DNA from: Chloroflexota bacterium
GTDB taxonomy: Bacteria > Chloroflexota > Dehalococcoidia > SM23-28-2 > HRBIN24
Direction of reading: 5' to 3'
Assembly: GCA_030550295.1 (NCBI GenBank)
Contig: JAUQPQ010000002.1
Span: 1 to 58,641, forward strand
Length of the DNA: 58,641 nucleotides
Shown here piece after piece: positions 34,434 through 43,476 of this stretch. Position 1 is the first letter of the stretch; each line of letters begins with the position of its first letter. Made by a program: the position numbers and the translations under genes. The notes below the pieces were generated by a model, which saw nothing but the letters and a program-made list of their open reading frames with translations, was not told where the DNA came from and made no database searches.

Positions 34434-35527
34434 CTTAGGCCCAGGGCCCCTAGAATCTCCTCTCCCCGCTGGGGGTACTTCTCAGCGAAGGCCCATAACA
34501 GCCCAAAGCATCCTGCTAGCATCATGTCGCCGTGGGGCACAGCAAAGTAGGGGTTAAGACTGCTCCCTTTGAGCTTGCCTCTCTGGGGGCCAGTTACCGC
34601 TACAAAGGGCTCCCTACCGCCCGAGGGATCAGCGTAATAGACTCCGTGACCATGCCCCTCAAACACCTCATCGTGAGTGAGGCTACCCAAGACGAGGCGA
34701 CGGCTCATGTCCTCTATCTGCTCAGGAGAGAGGAGGCCTGTATGGTGCTCATAAAGGGAGTATATATGGGTGCCCCGCAAGTGGAAGGCTAAGGTATGCA
34801 TATTGCCTAGGTTGATGATTAACTGCTCTTGGTGGCCTTTCACTACCGGGTCTTGTAGGGCACCCAAGGCGGCTGCCGGGCCAGTATCTAGGAACACCAC
34901 GGGCACCCCCTCGGGGGCGGCCAAGGCCAAGAGAGCACGGGCCCTAGTTAGGTAAGGCGGCACCTCCTCTGGGGTCATGGCGAAGCGCAAAAGGTCGTTC
35001 CCTCCCTCTGCCACCCGACGCAGGTGCTGGAAGCGGAAGAGGCGATCGGAGTATCCGGGAGGGGCCGCGCCATGATCTAGGCACGCCACCGCCAGGCCAT
35101 CCCACTGCCCTTCCACTGCGAAGAGCTGCAAGGCGCGCCTGATGGCCTCCAGGTCCAGGTCTTTCAGCTCTATGCGCACCGTCCGCCCATCGAGGGAGCG
35201 GGCCTCATCTTCTGATATTAGGACTACCCCCATTTCGCGCACACGTTCTAAGTCGTCATCGAAGGTCTGGGCCGCTTCTGGGGTGGCATAGGCAGGGAGG
35301 CCTGCCTTGATATGTCGTTCCAGGGCCCAGTGGCAGGGGCCTCCCCCCTGCACCGTGCCTGTAAGGACCACCGCCTTCCCTTCCTGGGTGGCCTGGGAAA
35401 TGCGACGGGCAGCGATCTCAGTGGGCGAGGGGAGGATGAGCTGGACGCAGTTCTCTATGGGCTGCTCCGTGTCCAGAAGCAGGATGTCTTGGGTGCCCGT
35501 TCCCACGTCTATGGCCAGGATGCGCAT
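34430..35527 (-). CDS. DUF1786 domain protein (ASKHA/acetate-kinase-like fold)
   Basis: MRILAIDVGTGTQDILLLD phosphate-1 motif. 365 aa. Confidence 0.5.
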   Translation of the reverse strand: MRILAIDVGTGTQDILLLDTEQPIENCVQLILPSPTEIAARRISQATQEGKAVVLTGTVQGGGPCHWALERHIKAGLPAYATPEAAQTFDDDLERVREMGVVLISEDEARSLDGRTVRIELKDLDLEAIRRALQLFAVEGQWDGLAVACLDHGAAPPGYSDRLFRFQHLRRVAEGGNDLLRFAMTPEEVPPYLTRARALLALAAPEGVPVVFLDTGPAAALGALQDPVVKGHQEQLIINLGNMHTLAFHLRGTHIYSLYEHHTGLLSPEQIEDMSRRLVLGSLTHDEVFEGHGHGVYYADPSGGREPFVAVTGPQRGKLKGSSLNPYFAVPHGDMMLAGCFGLLWAFAEKYPQRGEEILGALGLS

Positions 35528-35542
35528 CGCCTCAACGCCCCC

Positions 35543-36442
35543 TCAACGTCCCTTAAGATGCTCGATGAACCAGTCCCTGGCCGCCTGGGCCGTCTGCTGG
35601 AAGAAGGTGGTATAGACATCGAAGTGGCCCCCGGGGACCAAAAGGAGCTTTTTCGGCTCCAGGGCCACGTTGTAGGCCTCCAAGGCCAAGTCGGCCACTG
35701 CTAGATGGTCGTAGGCGGCGACGATCATGAGAAGGGGTGTGGGGCTTACCCTCTGGATGAAGGCCCCCGGCTCATATTCCAAGATGAGCTCCAGAGATCG
35801 CAGGGTGACCTCGTTACGCCAAGAGGGTGCCCTTTGGGCAGCCAGCATAAACCACTCGTAGGAGTCGCGCGTAGGTAAGGCGCAGGGGGTGGAAAGGGGG
35901 TCTTCGGCCACGACAGGGATGGTAGCTGGGGGGTTACCTGCCATGCGCGCCTGCCTATCGGCCTCCAGCACCTCCTCTACCTGGTGGAGAAGATCAGCCC
36001 GCACCAGACGTTGGCGGTTACGATAGCCACTTATAAGGGGGACCTGGGATACGACACAGCGCACCCTCCGGTCGAGGGCCCCCACCACAATGGCATGCCC
36101 CCCTGAATAAGAGGTACCCCAAACGCCAAGGCGCTCTTTGTCCACCTGAGGGAGGGTGCGGGCATAGGTGATAGCATGGCGATAGTCCCGTACCTGGGCC
36201 CAGGGGTCTATCTCCTGGCGGGGGTGGCCATCGGAGGCGCCAAAGTTGCGGTGGTCGAAAACCAAAACACCAAGCCCCGCCTCAGCGAAGGCCTCAGCGT
36301 AACTGTCTAGGAACATCTCCTTGACGGCGGAAAATCCGTGGGCCATGACTACCGTGGGCAGGGGCCCCTGGGCGTTTGGGGGGTAATAGAACCATCCGCG
36401 CAGAGTCACCCCTTCTGCGTTGAACTCTATGTCCTGGCGCAT
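35543..36442 (-). CDS. Alpha/beta hydrolase
   Basis: ORF 35543-36742 trimmed to ATG 36442 (GGAGG sits 7 nt upstream); the longer N-terminus overlaps the GDT1 gene. Motifs: VVMAHGFSAVKE and nucleophile elbow GTSYSGG. Confidence 0.75.
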   Translation of the reverse strand: MRQDIEFNAEGVTLRGWFYYPPNAQGPLPTVVMAHGFSAVKEMFLDSYAEAFAEAGLGVLVFDHRNFGASDGHPRQEIDPWAQVRDYRHAITYARTLPQVDKERLGVWGTSYSGGHAIVVGALDRRVRCVVSQVPLISGYRNRQRLVRADLLHQVEEVLEADRQARMAGNPPATIPVVAEDPLSTPCALPTRDSYEWFMLAAQRAPSWRNEVTLRSLELILEYEPGAFIQRVSPTPLLMIVAAYDHLAVADLALEAYNVALEPKKLLLVPGGHFDVYTTFFQQTAQAARDWFIEHLKGR

Positions 36443-36474
36443 CCGTCTACCTCCGGTACTTAAAGGTATGGCCA

Positions 36475-36747
36475 TTATAACTTGCCCACCAAGATAAGTA
36501 GCCCTATCAGGATGAAGGCCAAAGCGGCCCCTTTCTCTACCCACTCCATGGGGATGTAACGCCCTCCAATTAGGCCCACCAACACCGCCAGTCCGGTGGC
36601 GAGGCCGAAGGCCACCAAGGCCCCCACGAGGATGGGGATAGGGGCCCGCTCGCGAGCAGAAAGGGCCAGCACTGCCAGCTGGGTCTTGTCGCCCAGCTCG
36701 GCCAAGAAGATGAGGGCGAAGGTGGTTAGGAACACTTTCCACTCCAT
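36475..36747 (-). CDS. TMEM165/GDT1 (UPF0016) family half-size cation transporter
   Basis: ORF 36475-37062 trimmed to MEWKVFLTTFALIFLAELGDKTQ (E-x-G-D-K-T motif), giving 90 aa. The upstream part of that ORF is antisense-like Arg/Pro-rich sequence overlapping serS. Confidence 0.7.
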   Translation of the reverse strand: MEWKVFLTTFALIFLAELGDKTQLAVLALSARERAPIPILVGALVAFGLATGLAVLVGLIGGRYIPMEWVEKGAALAFILIGLLILVGKL

Positions 36748-36776
36748 GGCTGCCTTCTGCCTTTGCCCAGCCACCT

Positions 36777-38114
36777 TTATGGCGCCAGGGGACGATCGTC
36801 GTCTGGGGTTATCACCTCTTGTCCTGCTAGGTATGGGCGCAAGGGGGCAGGGACTATGACTGCGCCGTCGGCCTGTTGGTAGTTTTCTAGGAGGGCGATC
36901 ATGGTACGGGGCAGGGCGAGGCCGGAGCCGTTGAGGGTATGGACGAACTCTGGCCTGGCCCCCTTTTCGCGGCGGAAGCGGATGTTGGCCCGCCTCGCCT
37001 GGAAGTCGGTACAGTTGGAGCAGGAGGATACTTCTAACCACTCTCCCGATCCTGGTGCCCACGCCTCGATGTCATAAGTCATGGCAGCGCTGAAGCCCAG
37101 CTCTCCGGTGCAAAGGAGGACCACCCGGTGGGGTATGCCCAAAGCCCTCAGCACGGCGCAGGCGTCTTCCACTAGGGCCTCCAATTCCTCCTGGGACCGC
37201 TCCGGTTCGACGAACTTATAAAGCTCCACCTTATCGAACTGGTGCACCCGCTTTATGCCTCTTACTTCGCGGCCAGCGGTGAACTTCTCCCGACGGAAGC
37301 AGGGGGTGTAGGCCACGTAATAAATGGGCAGGCTCCCCGGGGACAAGATCTCGTCGCGATGGAGGTTGGTAAGGGCTACCTCGGCAGTAGGAAGGAGCCA
37401 AAGGTCTTCTTCAGCGTCGCGGTACATAAATTCGGCGAAGGTGGGCAGCCATCCGCCCTTCCACATGCACTCCCCACGCACCAAGGCAGGCGGATACACC
37501 TCTTTGTAGCCGCGAGCGGTGTGGAAGTCTAGCATCCAGGAGATGAGGGCCCGTTGGAGGCGGGCCCCAGCCCCCCTTAGGACGTAAAAATGGGAGCCAG
37601 AGAGTTTTACTCCCGCCTGGAAGTCGATTATTCCTAGGTGTTCGGCTAGCTCCCAATGGGGCCGCGGCGTGTAAGTGAAAGAGGGGGGATCACCCCATTG
37701 GCGCACCACTAAGTTGTCCTTCTCCCCCTCCCCGAGGGGGACGCGGGGGTGGGGGATGTTGGGGAGCTGGAGGAGGAGTTGGTGGAGCCGCGCCTCTGCC
37801 TCTTTCAACTGGGCCTCCAAGCCCTCCAGCTGCTGCGAGAGGAAAGATGATCGGGCTACCAGGTCATCACGGCGGTGCTGGGCCCGCCTCCTCTCCCTCA
37901 CGTCCACCTGAGGGTCGTTGATCAGGCGAGAGAGCTGGCCTATCTCCTTGGAGAGGGCATTGCGCTCAGAACGTATCGTCTCTACCTGGTGGGTGTACTG
38001 GCGCCACAGGCGGTCCACCTCTATCAGTTCGTCGAGAGGGGCCTGAGCATGGCGGCGCTGTAAGGCCTCCCGTACCACATCGGGATGGTCACGGATGAGC
38101 TGGAGGGAAAGCAC
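36777..38114 (-). CDS. serS: Seryl-tRNA synthetase
   Basis: N-terminal coiled-coil arm (MLSLQLIRDHPD...) plus a class II core (GSGLALPRTMIALLENYQ). GTG start 1 nt after the nudix stop. Confidence 0.9.
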   Translation of the reverse strand: MLSLQLIRDHPDVVREALQRRHAQAPLDELIEVDRLWRQYTHQVETIRSERNALSKEIGQLSRLINDPQVDVRERRRAQHRRDDLVARSSFLSQQLEGLEAQLKEAEARLHQLLLQLPNIPHPRVPLGEGEKDNLVVRQWGDPPSFTYTPRPHWELAEHLGIIDFQAGVKLSGSHFYVLRGAGARLQRALISWMLDFHTARGYKEVYPPALVRGECMWKGGWLPTFAEFMYRDAEEDLWLLPTAEVALTNLHRDEILSPGSLPIYYVAYTPCFRREKFTAGREVRGIKRVHQFDKVELYKFVEPERSQEELEALVEDACAVLRALGIPHRVVLLCTGELGFSAAMTYDIEAWAPGSGEWLEVSSCSNCTDFQARRANIRFRREKGARPEFVHTLNGSGLALPRTMIALLENYQQADGAVIVPAPLRPYLAGQEVITPDDDRPLAP

Positions 38115-38115
38115 T

Positions 38116-38607
38116 TTATCTCCTCTCCCTGGCCAGTCGGAACCCCTCTAGGGCCAACAGGCGTACGTCCTCGGAAGGGCGGGCGGCGAGGCCACAGGCA
38201 CCCTGGGGCTCAAGAGGATACCCCTGGCGCAGATCTGATTCGGTAGCCCAACACATGAGAAAAGGCCCCCTCGGCACAGGAGAGGGCCCGGCTACAGGAC
38301 GGCAGAAGTAGATAAGGTCTATATGGAAGTGGGGATTTTGGGGATCGGCAGCATCTTCGATGAGCACTGTATAGGGAGGCTGCACTTGTCTGGGGTATGA
38401 GAAGGGGAGGTGGGGAGCTACAGGTATAACTTCTACCTCTAGCCCCGTCTCCTCCTGCACCTCCCGCAGGACAGCGGTGACAGGATCTTCGCTAGGCAAT
38501 AGGTGGCCCCCCGGGGGCACCCACATCTGGAGACGGGGATGCCATAGGAATAGGGTCTTGTCTTCATGAATGACAAAGCCGGTGCAGGTGAAGTGGGCCT
38601 CAGTCAT
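38116..38607 (-). CDS. NUDIX hydrolase
   Basis: Perfect Nudix box GHLLPSEDPVTAVLREVQEETGL (G-x5-E-x7-R-E-U-x-E-E-x-G-U). The start overlaps the lysS end by 8 nt. Confidence 0.85.
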   Translation of the reverse strand: MTEAHFTCTGFVIHEDKTLFLWHPRLQMWVPPGGHLLPSEDPVTAVLREVQEETGLEVEVIPVAPHLPFSYPRQVQPPYTVLIEDAADPQNPHFHIDLIYFCRPVAGPSPVPRGPFLMCWATESDLRQGYPLEPQGACGLAARPSEDVRLLALEGFRLARERR

Positions 38608-40075
38608 GGCTCTCCCTGAGGGCTGGGAAGAGGATCACCTCGCGAATGGAGCTCTGGCCGGTGAGGGCCATCACCAGGCGATCGATGCCGATGCCCAGGC
38701 CGCCAGCGGGAGGCATGCCGTGTTCCAGGGCTACCAGGAAGTCCTCATCGCCCAACTCTACCTCTTCGTCTGCCGCCTGGCGACGCTGGGCCTGGTCCAA
38801 AAACCGCCGACGCTGCTCCATGGGGTCGTTCAGCTCGGTATAGGCGTTGGCCACCTCCCTTCCGGCGATGAACAGCTCGAAACGCTCCACAAAATAAGGG
38901 TCATGGGGCTTGCTCTTGGCTAAGGGGGAGAGCTCCACAGGGTAGTCCAAGATGAAGGTAGGGTGGATAAGCCTAGGCTCTACCAGATGGGCCAGGGACT
39001 CATCAATGATCTTGCCCCGGTCCCAATGGGGCTGCACGGGAAGGCCACGGGCCTCCACCGCCTCCCGCAGCTGGGAGAGGGGTGTATGGGGAGATATGTC
39101 TAGGCCAGCGTACTGGAGGAGGGCCTCCCGCAGGGTCATACGCCGCCAGGGCGGCGAGAAATCGATCACCTCGCCTTGGTAGGGGACGCAGAGGGTCCCC
39201 ACCGCCTCTTTGGCCACGTATACTATCAGCTCCTCTGTAAGCTCCATGATGTCGTTGTAGTCGGCGTAGGCCTGGTAGGCCTCCAGCATGGTGAACTCAG
39301 GGTTGTATTTACCAGACACCCCTTCATTCCGGAATACCCGACCCAGCTCGTACACCTTCTCGTAGCCACCTACCAGTAGGCGCTTAAGGTGGAGTTCTAG
39401 GGCGATGCGTAAGTACAGATGGCGCTCCAGGGCATTGTGATATGTCACGAAGGGACGAGCAGCAGCACCACCAGCATAAGGCTGAAGGACGGGCGTTTCC
39501 ACCTCCAGAAAGCCTTTGGCATCCAAAAAGCGGCGAATGGCAGAAACGATGCGGCTACGGGTGCGGAACAGCTCCCTTACCTGCCTGTTGGCCATTAGGT
39601 CTAGATAGCGCTGCCGATAACGAACCTCTACGTCCTGAAGGCCGTGCCATTTGGCAGGCGGAGCTCGCAAGGCCTTACACAGGACGACGTAGCGGCGGGC
39701 CAGGACCGTAGGCTCACCGGTACGGGTACGGAAGACCTCTCCCTCCACCCCTAGGAAGTCGCCAAGGTCTAAGTCGTGGAGGGCCTCATAGGCCTCTTCC
39801 CCCAAAACGTCCAGGCGGTGGTGCGTCTGCACGCGGCCACTAGTGTCCTGGAGATCGATAAAGGTCGCCTTGCCCATATGGCGCATGGCAGTGATACGTC
39901 CTGCCACCACTACCTTAGGTGGGGCAGCGCCTTGGGCCTCAGCCTCCTCCAGGGCAGCTACCGCCTCCTGAGCTGTATGGGTACGGTGGAAGCGGTGAGG
40001 GTAGGGATCTATTCCCCGTTCTCGCCACCGTTGGGCCTTGGCTATACGCTGGGCTATCACCTGGTCGAGATCCAT
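38600..40075 (-). CDS. lysS: Lysyl-tRNA synthetase (class II)
   Basis: OB anticodon-binding domain plus a class II core (YLRIALELHLKRL, FRNEG, GGLGIGIDRLVM). The start is taken at MDLDQVIAQR (40075); the ORF extends to 40150. Confidence 0.9.
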   Translation of the reverse strand: MDLDQVIAQRIAKAQRWRERGIDPYPHRFHRTHTAQEAVAALEEAEAQGAAPPKVVVAGRITAMRHMGKATFIDLQDTSGRVQTHHRLDVLGEEAYEALHDLDLGDFLGVEGEVFRTRTGEPTVLARRYVVLCKALRAPPAKWHGLQDVEVRYRQRYLDLMANRQVRELFRTRSRIVSAIRRFLDAKGFLEVETPVLQPYAGGAAARPFVTYHNALERHLYLRIALELHLKRLLVGGYEKVYELGRVFRNEGVSGKYNPEFTMLEAYQAYADYNDIMELTEELIVYVAKEAVGTLCVPYQGEVIDFSPPWRRMTLREALLQYAGLDISPHTPLSQLREAVEARGLPVQPHWDRGKIIDESLAHLVEPRLIHPTFILDYPVELSPLAKSKPHDPYFVERFELFIAGREVANAYTELNDPMEQRRRFLDQAQRRQAADEEVELGDEDFLVALEHGMPPAGGLGIGIDRLVMALTGQSSIREVILFPALRESHD

Positions 40076-40162
40076 CGACGTAGGCCTTAGATTAGCAAAA
40101 CTGCCCTGGGAGGATATCCCGCTTGCCCATTTTAGGGCATATGAGGCCAAAGGGGGATGGCG

Positions 40163-40630
40163 CTAGCTTAGCGCCAATATGGTCCAGCGCCTCTTGCCTG
40201 CCGGCACCTCTACCTCTACCACATCCCCTACCCGGCGCCCCAAGAGGGCCCTGCCTACAGGCGACTCGTTGCTGATGCGCCCTTCCCTAGGCTCCGCCTC
40301 GGCACTGCCTACGATGGTGTACCGGAAGACTCGCCCATCTTCGGCCTGGAGGGTCACGGTAGAGCCTAACACCACCACCTGCGAATTGTGTTGCTCCTCA
40401 ATGATGACGGCGTTCTGAATAATGTGTTCCAGCTCCCTGATCTCCCCCTCCACCATGGCCTGCTCATTCTTGGCATCCTCAAACTCTCCTGACGCCTCTG
40501 AGCCAGCCAGCTCCCGCGCCTCCTGAATGCGTTTGGCCACCTGAGGACGACGGACGTTGATGAGGTAGTCCAGCCGCTCCTTGAACCGGGCCAACCCTTC
40601 CCTGGTGACAGGTATAGGCTTGTCAGACAT
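40163..40630 (-). CDS. greA: Transcription elongation factor GreA
   Basis: ORF trimmed to MSDKPIPVTREGLARFKERL. N-terminal coiled coil and C-terminal ISNESPVGRALLGRRVGDVVEV. Confidence 0.9.
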   Translation of the reverse strand: MSDKPIPVTREGLARFKERLDYLINVRRPQVAKRIQEARELAGSEASGEFEDAKNEQAMVEGEIRELEHIIQNAVIIEEQHNSQVVVLGSTVTLQAEDGRVFRYTIVGSAEAEPREGRISNESPVGRALLGRRVGDVVEVEVPAGKRRWTILALS

Positions 40631-40674
40631 CTGCTGATCACCCCTTGCGGCTGAATATATGAGAAAAGGGCACA

Positions 40675-40698
40675 CTGAGGCGTTGCGCCCCGCCTCAG
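40675..40698 (-). terminator. Hairpin plus U-rich tract in the greA 5' leader (leader terminator or 5' stem-loop candidate)
   Basis: Minus strand: CTGAGGCG-gggcgcaa-CGCCTCAG (8-bp stem), followed after 7 nt by TTTTCTC. It lies between the predicted greA promoter and ATG 40630. Confidence 0.3.
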
Positions 40699-40709
40699 GA
40701 GGCACACCT

Positions 40710-40738
40710 ATTTTAGACAAAAGGGGGACGCCTGTAAA
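40710..40738 (-). promoter_or_regulatory. Sigma70-type promoter candidate for greA
   Basis: Minus strand: TTTACA (40738-40733), 17-nt spacer, TAAAAT (40715-40710). Confidence 0.4.
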
Positions 40739-40825
40739 GGGTCTAGTTCCCTGACCATGGAGAGCTATGGGGTAGCAAGGGGGTAAGGGGGCTTAGCCAC
40801 CTACAAACCACGCCCCCACTCCTAA

Positions 40826-42442
40826 TCACTCAAGAGAGGCGATGTAGTAGTAGTGGGGTTGACCCCCATCTACTACCTCGATCTGTAGGGCGGGACGCTC
40901 CTTACGCAGTTGCTCTGCCAGGGCCTCGGCCTCCTGGGGGGTGATGTCAGCCCCGTAATACAAGGTAAGGAGCCCCTCTTGGCCATGGAGGATGTTCAGG
41001 GCCTCACACAAGGCCTGCTGAGGGGTGGCTGCTACCACTTGGAGATCGCCGTCGATGAGGGCGACGATGTCCCCCTGGCAGATCTGGAGCCCGTGTATCT
41101 GGGTATCCCTGATGGCACGGGTCACCTCAATGGTGCGTACTAGTTGGGAAGCCTCGGTCATGGCTTGGAGGTTATCCTTTAGGCCACGCTCGGGGTTAAA
41201 GGCCAAGAGGGCAGCGATGCCTTGAGGGATGGTGCGGGTAGGAACCACGGCCACCTCTTTGGGGGAAAGCTGGGAAGCCTGGTGCGCGGCGACGATGATG
41301 TTCTTGTCGTTGGGTAAGACGATGACCTGATCTGTAGGGCATGATTCTATAGCTTCCAGCAACTGGCCTACGCTGGGGTTCATGGTGGGCCCCCCCGATA
41401 CCACCTTGGCACCCATAGATCGGAAGACCCTCAGCAATCCCTGCCCAAAGGCGACGGCTACTACGCTGGCCTGGGCCTCAAAGGCCTGATGCCACTCCAA
41501 GAAACGGTCAGCCTGCTGACGGATGTTATCTACCTTCACCTGAAGCAGCTCTCCTAGGCGAGTGCCCAGGCTTATGGCCGCACCAGGGTCGTCAGTGTGG
41601 ACATGGACTCGGAGCATTTGCACATCGCCCACCACTACTACCGAGTCCCCCAGGGCATCTAGACGAGAGCGGATAAGGGCTACATCTAGCCCCTCCCCCT
41701 GGAGGAGGAATTCGGTGCAGTAGCCGTAAAGGGAGGGGGTAGTGGCGTGTAGCTCCTGGGCATGGGCCAGCCACTCCCTCTGCAAGCGAGTAGCCACCGC
41801 TGGGGACTCTAGTTCCTCCCCTCTCAGGTGGCGGGCCATAGCTTCTAAGATTACCCATAGGCCCTGGCCCCCTGCATCTACTACGCCGGCCTCAGCCAAA
41901 ACGGGCAGAAGCTCAGGGGTGTGCTCTACTGCCTCTTTGGCCGCCTGCGCTACCCGGGAGAAGAGTAGCCTCAGGTCTTCTTCCCCATCTTCGGCCAAGG
42001 TGCGCGCTGTTTGGGCCGCCTCCCGGAGGACGGTGATGATGGTCCCTTCCCTTGGCTGGGCTATAGCCTGACAGGCGAGCCTAAGCCCCTCTTCTAGGGC
42101 TGCCGCCAAGGTAGGGGCATCTAGCTCCTCTTTATCTTGGCAAGCCCTGGCCAGCCCCATGATGATCTGGGCAAGGATTACCCCTGAGTTGCCCCGGGCC
42201 CCCATGAGGGCACCCTTGGCCAGCGCCTGACATAGGACAGGCAGAGGCACTAAGGAGCCATTGGGGCTCACCTTGGATGCCTCTTCTAAGGTGGACCTGA
42301 GGGTAAGGCTCATGTTGGTGCCCGTATCGCCATCAGGCACGGGGAAGACGTTTATGGCGTTTAAGGCCTCAGCGTGGGCATCGAGCCATGAGGCTGCTGC
42401 CTGAAGGGTTTCAAGGAGCTCTTTTGCCGATAGGGCCCTCAT
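40826..42442 (-). CDS. yloV: DAK2 domain fusion protein YloV
   Basis: NVFPVPDGDTGTNM DAK2 motif plus a C-terminal DegV-like/YloV domain. ORF trimmed to MRALSAKELL. Confidence 0.8.
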   Translation of the reverse strand: MRALSAKELLETLQAAASWLDAHAEALNAINVFPVPDGDTGTNMSLTLRSTLEEASKVSPNGSLVPLPVLCQALAKGALMGARGNSGVILAQIIMGLARACQDKEELDAPTLAAALEEGLRLACQAIAQPREGTIITVLREAAQTARTLAEDGEEDLRLLFSRVAQAAKEAVEHTPELLPVLAEAGVVDAGGQGLWVILEAMARHLRGEELESPAVATRLQREWLAHAQELHATTPSLYGYCTEFLLQGEGLDVALIRSRLDALGDSVVVVGDVQMLRVHVHTDDPGAAISLGTRLGELLQVKVDNIRQQADRFLEWHQAFEAQASVVAVAFGQGLLRVFRSMGAKVVSGGPTMNPSVGQLLEAIESCPTDQVIVLPNDKNIIVAAHQASQLSPKEVAVVPTRTIPQGIAALLAFNPERGLKDNLQAMTEASQLVRTIEVTRAIRDTQIHGLQICQGDIVALIDGDLQVVAATPQQALCEALNILHGQEGLLTLYYGADITPQEAEALAEQLRKERPALQIEVVDGGQPHYYYIASLE

Positions 42443-42463
42443 AACCCCCTCCCCCGCCCACCC

Positions 42464-42492
42464 TTGCCCTCTTTCCCGTAGGATGATATCAT
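42464..42492 (+). promoter_or_regulatory. Sigma70-type promoter candidate for rpmB
   Basis: TTGCCC (42464-42469), 17-nt spacer, TATCAT (42487-42492). Confidence 0.35.
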
Positions 42493-42543
42493 GCCTCTTG
42501 CGCATTCTAACAAGGCGCCAGGGAAGGGTAAAGGCAAGAAAGG

Positions 42544-42756
42544 ATGGCTAAGTGTCAGATCTGCGGCAAGGGCACCAGGACTGGGCGCAATATACGCCAC
42601 CGCCACGCTGGGCGCTGGGAACGCCGCGCCCCTAAGACGCCGCGCCTCTTCAAGGCGAATGTCCAGAGGAAGACCTTGGTCATAAACGGCCGCCCTCAGA
42701 AGGTCAAGGTCTGCACTGCTTGCCTAAGTGCCCTCCTCAAGAAGATGGCCATCTAG
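42544..42756 (+). CDS. rpmB: 50S ribosomal protein L28
   Basis: MAKCQICGKGTRTGRNIRHRHAGRWERRAPKT..., 70 aa. Confidence 0.9.
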   Translation: MAKCQICGKGTRTGRNIRHRHAGRWERRAPKTPRLFKANVQRKTLVINGRPQKVKVCTACLSALLKKMAI

Positions 42757-42801
42757 CACGCGTTGACCTTGGGACAGGGGCCATCTGCCCGCTTGGGGCC
42801 C

Positions 42802-43476
42802 CTAGGTGTGCAGTTCGGCCAAGGCGGCACGCAGCCGGGCCATGTTGGCGGTCACTGTCGCCTGGTCGTTGAAGATGGCCGAAGCCGCCACTAACACGGT
42901 AGCCCCTGCTGCCACGCAGCGAGGGGCCGTCTCCACGTTCACTCCTCCGTCCACCTCAAGCTCGGCCTTTAGGCCCAACTCGTCCAGGAGGGTGCGGAGG
43001 CGACGCACCTTTCCCAGGGCCTCTGAAAGGAAGGGCTGGCCAGCGTAGCCTGGGTTGACCGTCATCACCATCACCTGGTCTACCCAGGGTAGCACCTCCT
43101 CAATGGCGCTTATGGGGGTGGCAGGGTTTAGACATACCCCTACTTGACGCCCCCGCCGCCTTACTAACTGGATGATGCGGTGGAGATGAGTGGCCGCCTC
43201 CACATGGACGTTGATGATATCGCCCCCGGCATCTATAAAGGCCTCCACTTGCCGCTCTGGTTCCACGACCATCAGGTGTATATCCAAGGGCAGACGGGTA
43301 ACTCTTCGCACCGCCTCCACAATGGGAACGCCCATGGATATGACAGGGACGAAGCGCCCGTCCATTACATCGATATGGATACGGTGGGCACCGGCATCTT
43401 CCGCCTCCCTTATCTGCTCCCCTAGGCGGGCGAAATCAGCCGATAGGATGGAGGGAGCGATCTTTATCTCCCTCAT
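42802..43476 (-). CDS. rpe: Ribulose-phosphate 3-epimerase
   Basis: IAPSILSADF, HIDVMDGRFVP, VMTVNPGYAGQ. The ATG overlaps the argH stop (ATGA). Confidence 0.9.
   Translation of the reverse strand: MREIKIAPSILSADFARLGEQIREAEDAGAHRIHIDVMDGRFVPVISMGVPIVEAVRRVTRLPLDIHLMVVEPERQVEAFIDAGGDIINVHVEAATHLHRIIQLVRRRGRQVGVCLNPATPISAIEEVLPWVDQVMVMTVNPGYAGQPFLSEALGKVRRLRTLLDELGLKAELEVDGGVNVETAPRCVAAGATVLVAASAIFNDQATVTANMARLRAALAELHT

Noticed and set aside
42757-42801. AGGGGCC...GGCCCCT inverted repeat between the convergent rpmB and rpe genes, considered as a bidirectional terminator.
   Set aside because: The stem is 7 bp with a loop of about 14 nt and no U-tract on either side, which is too weak to call.
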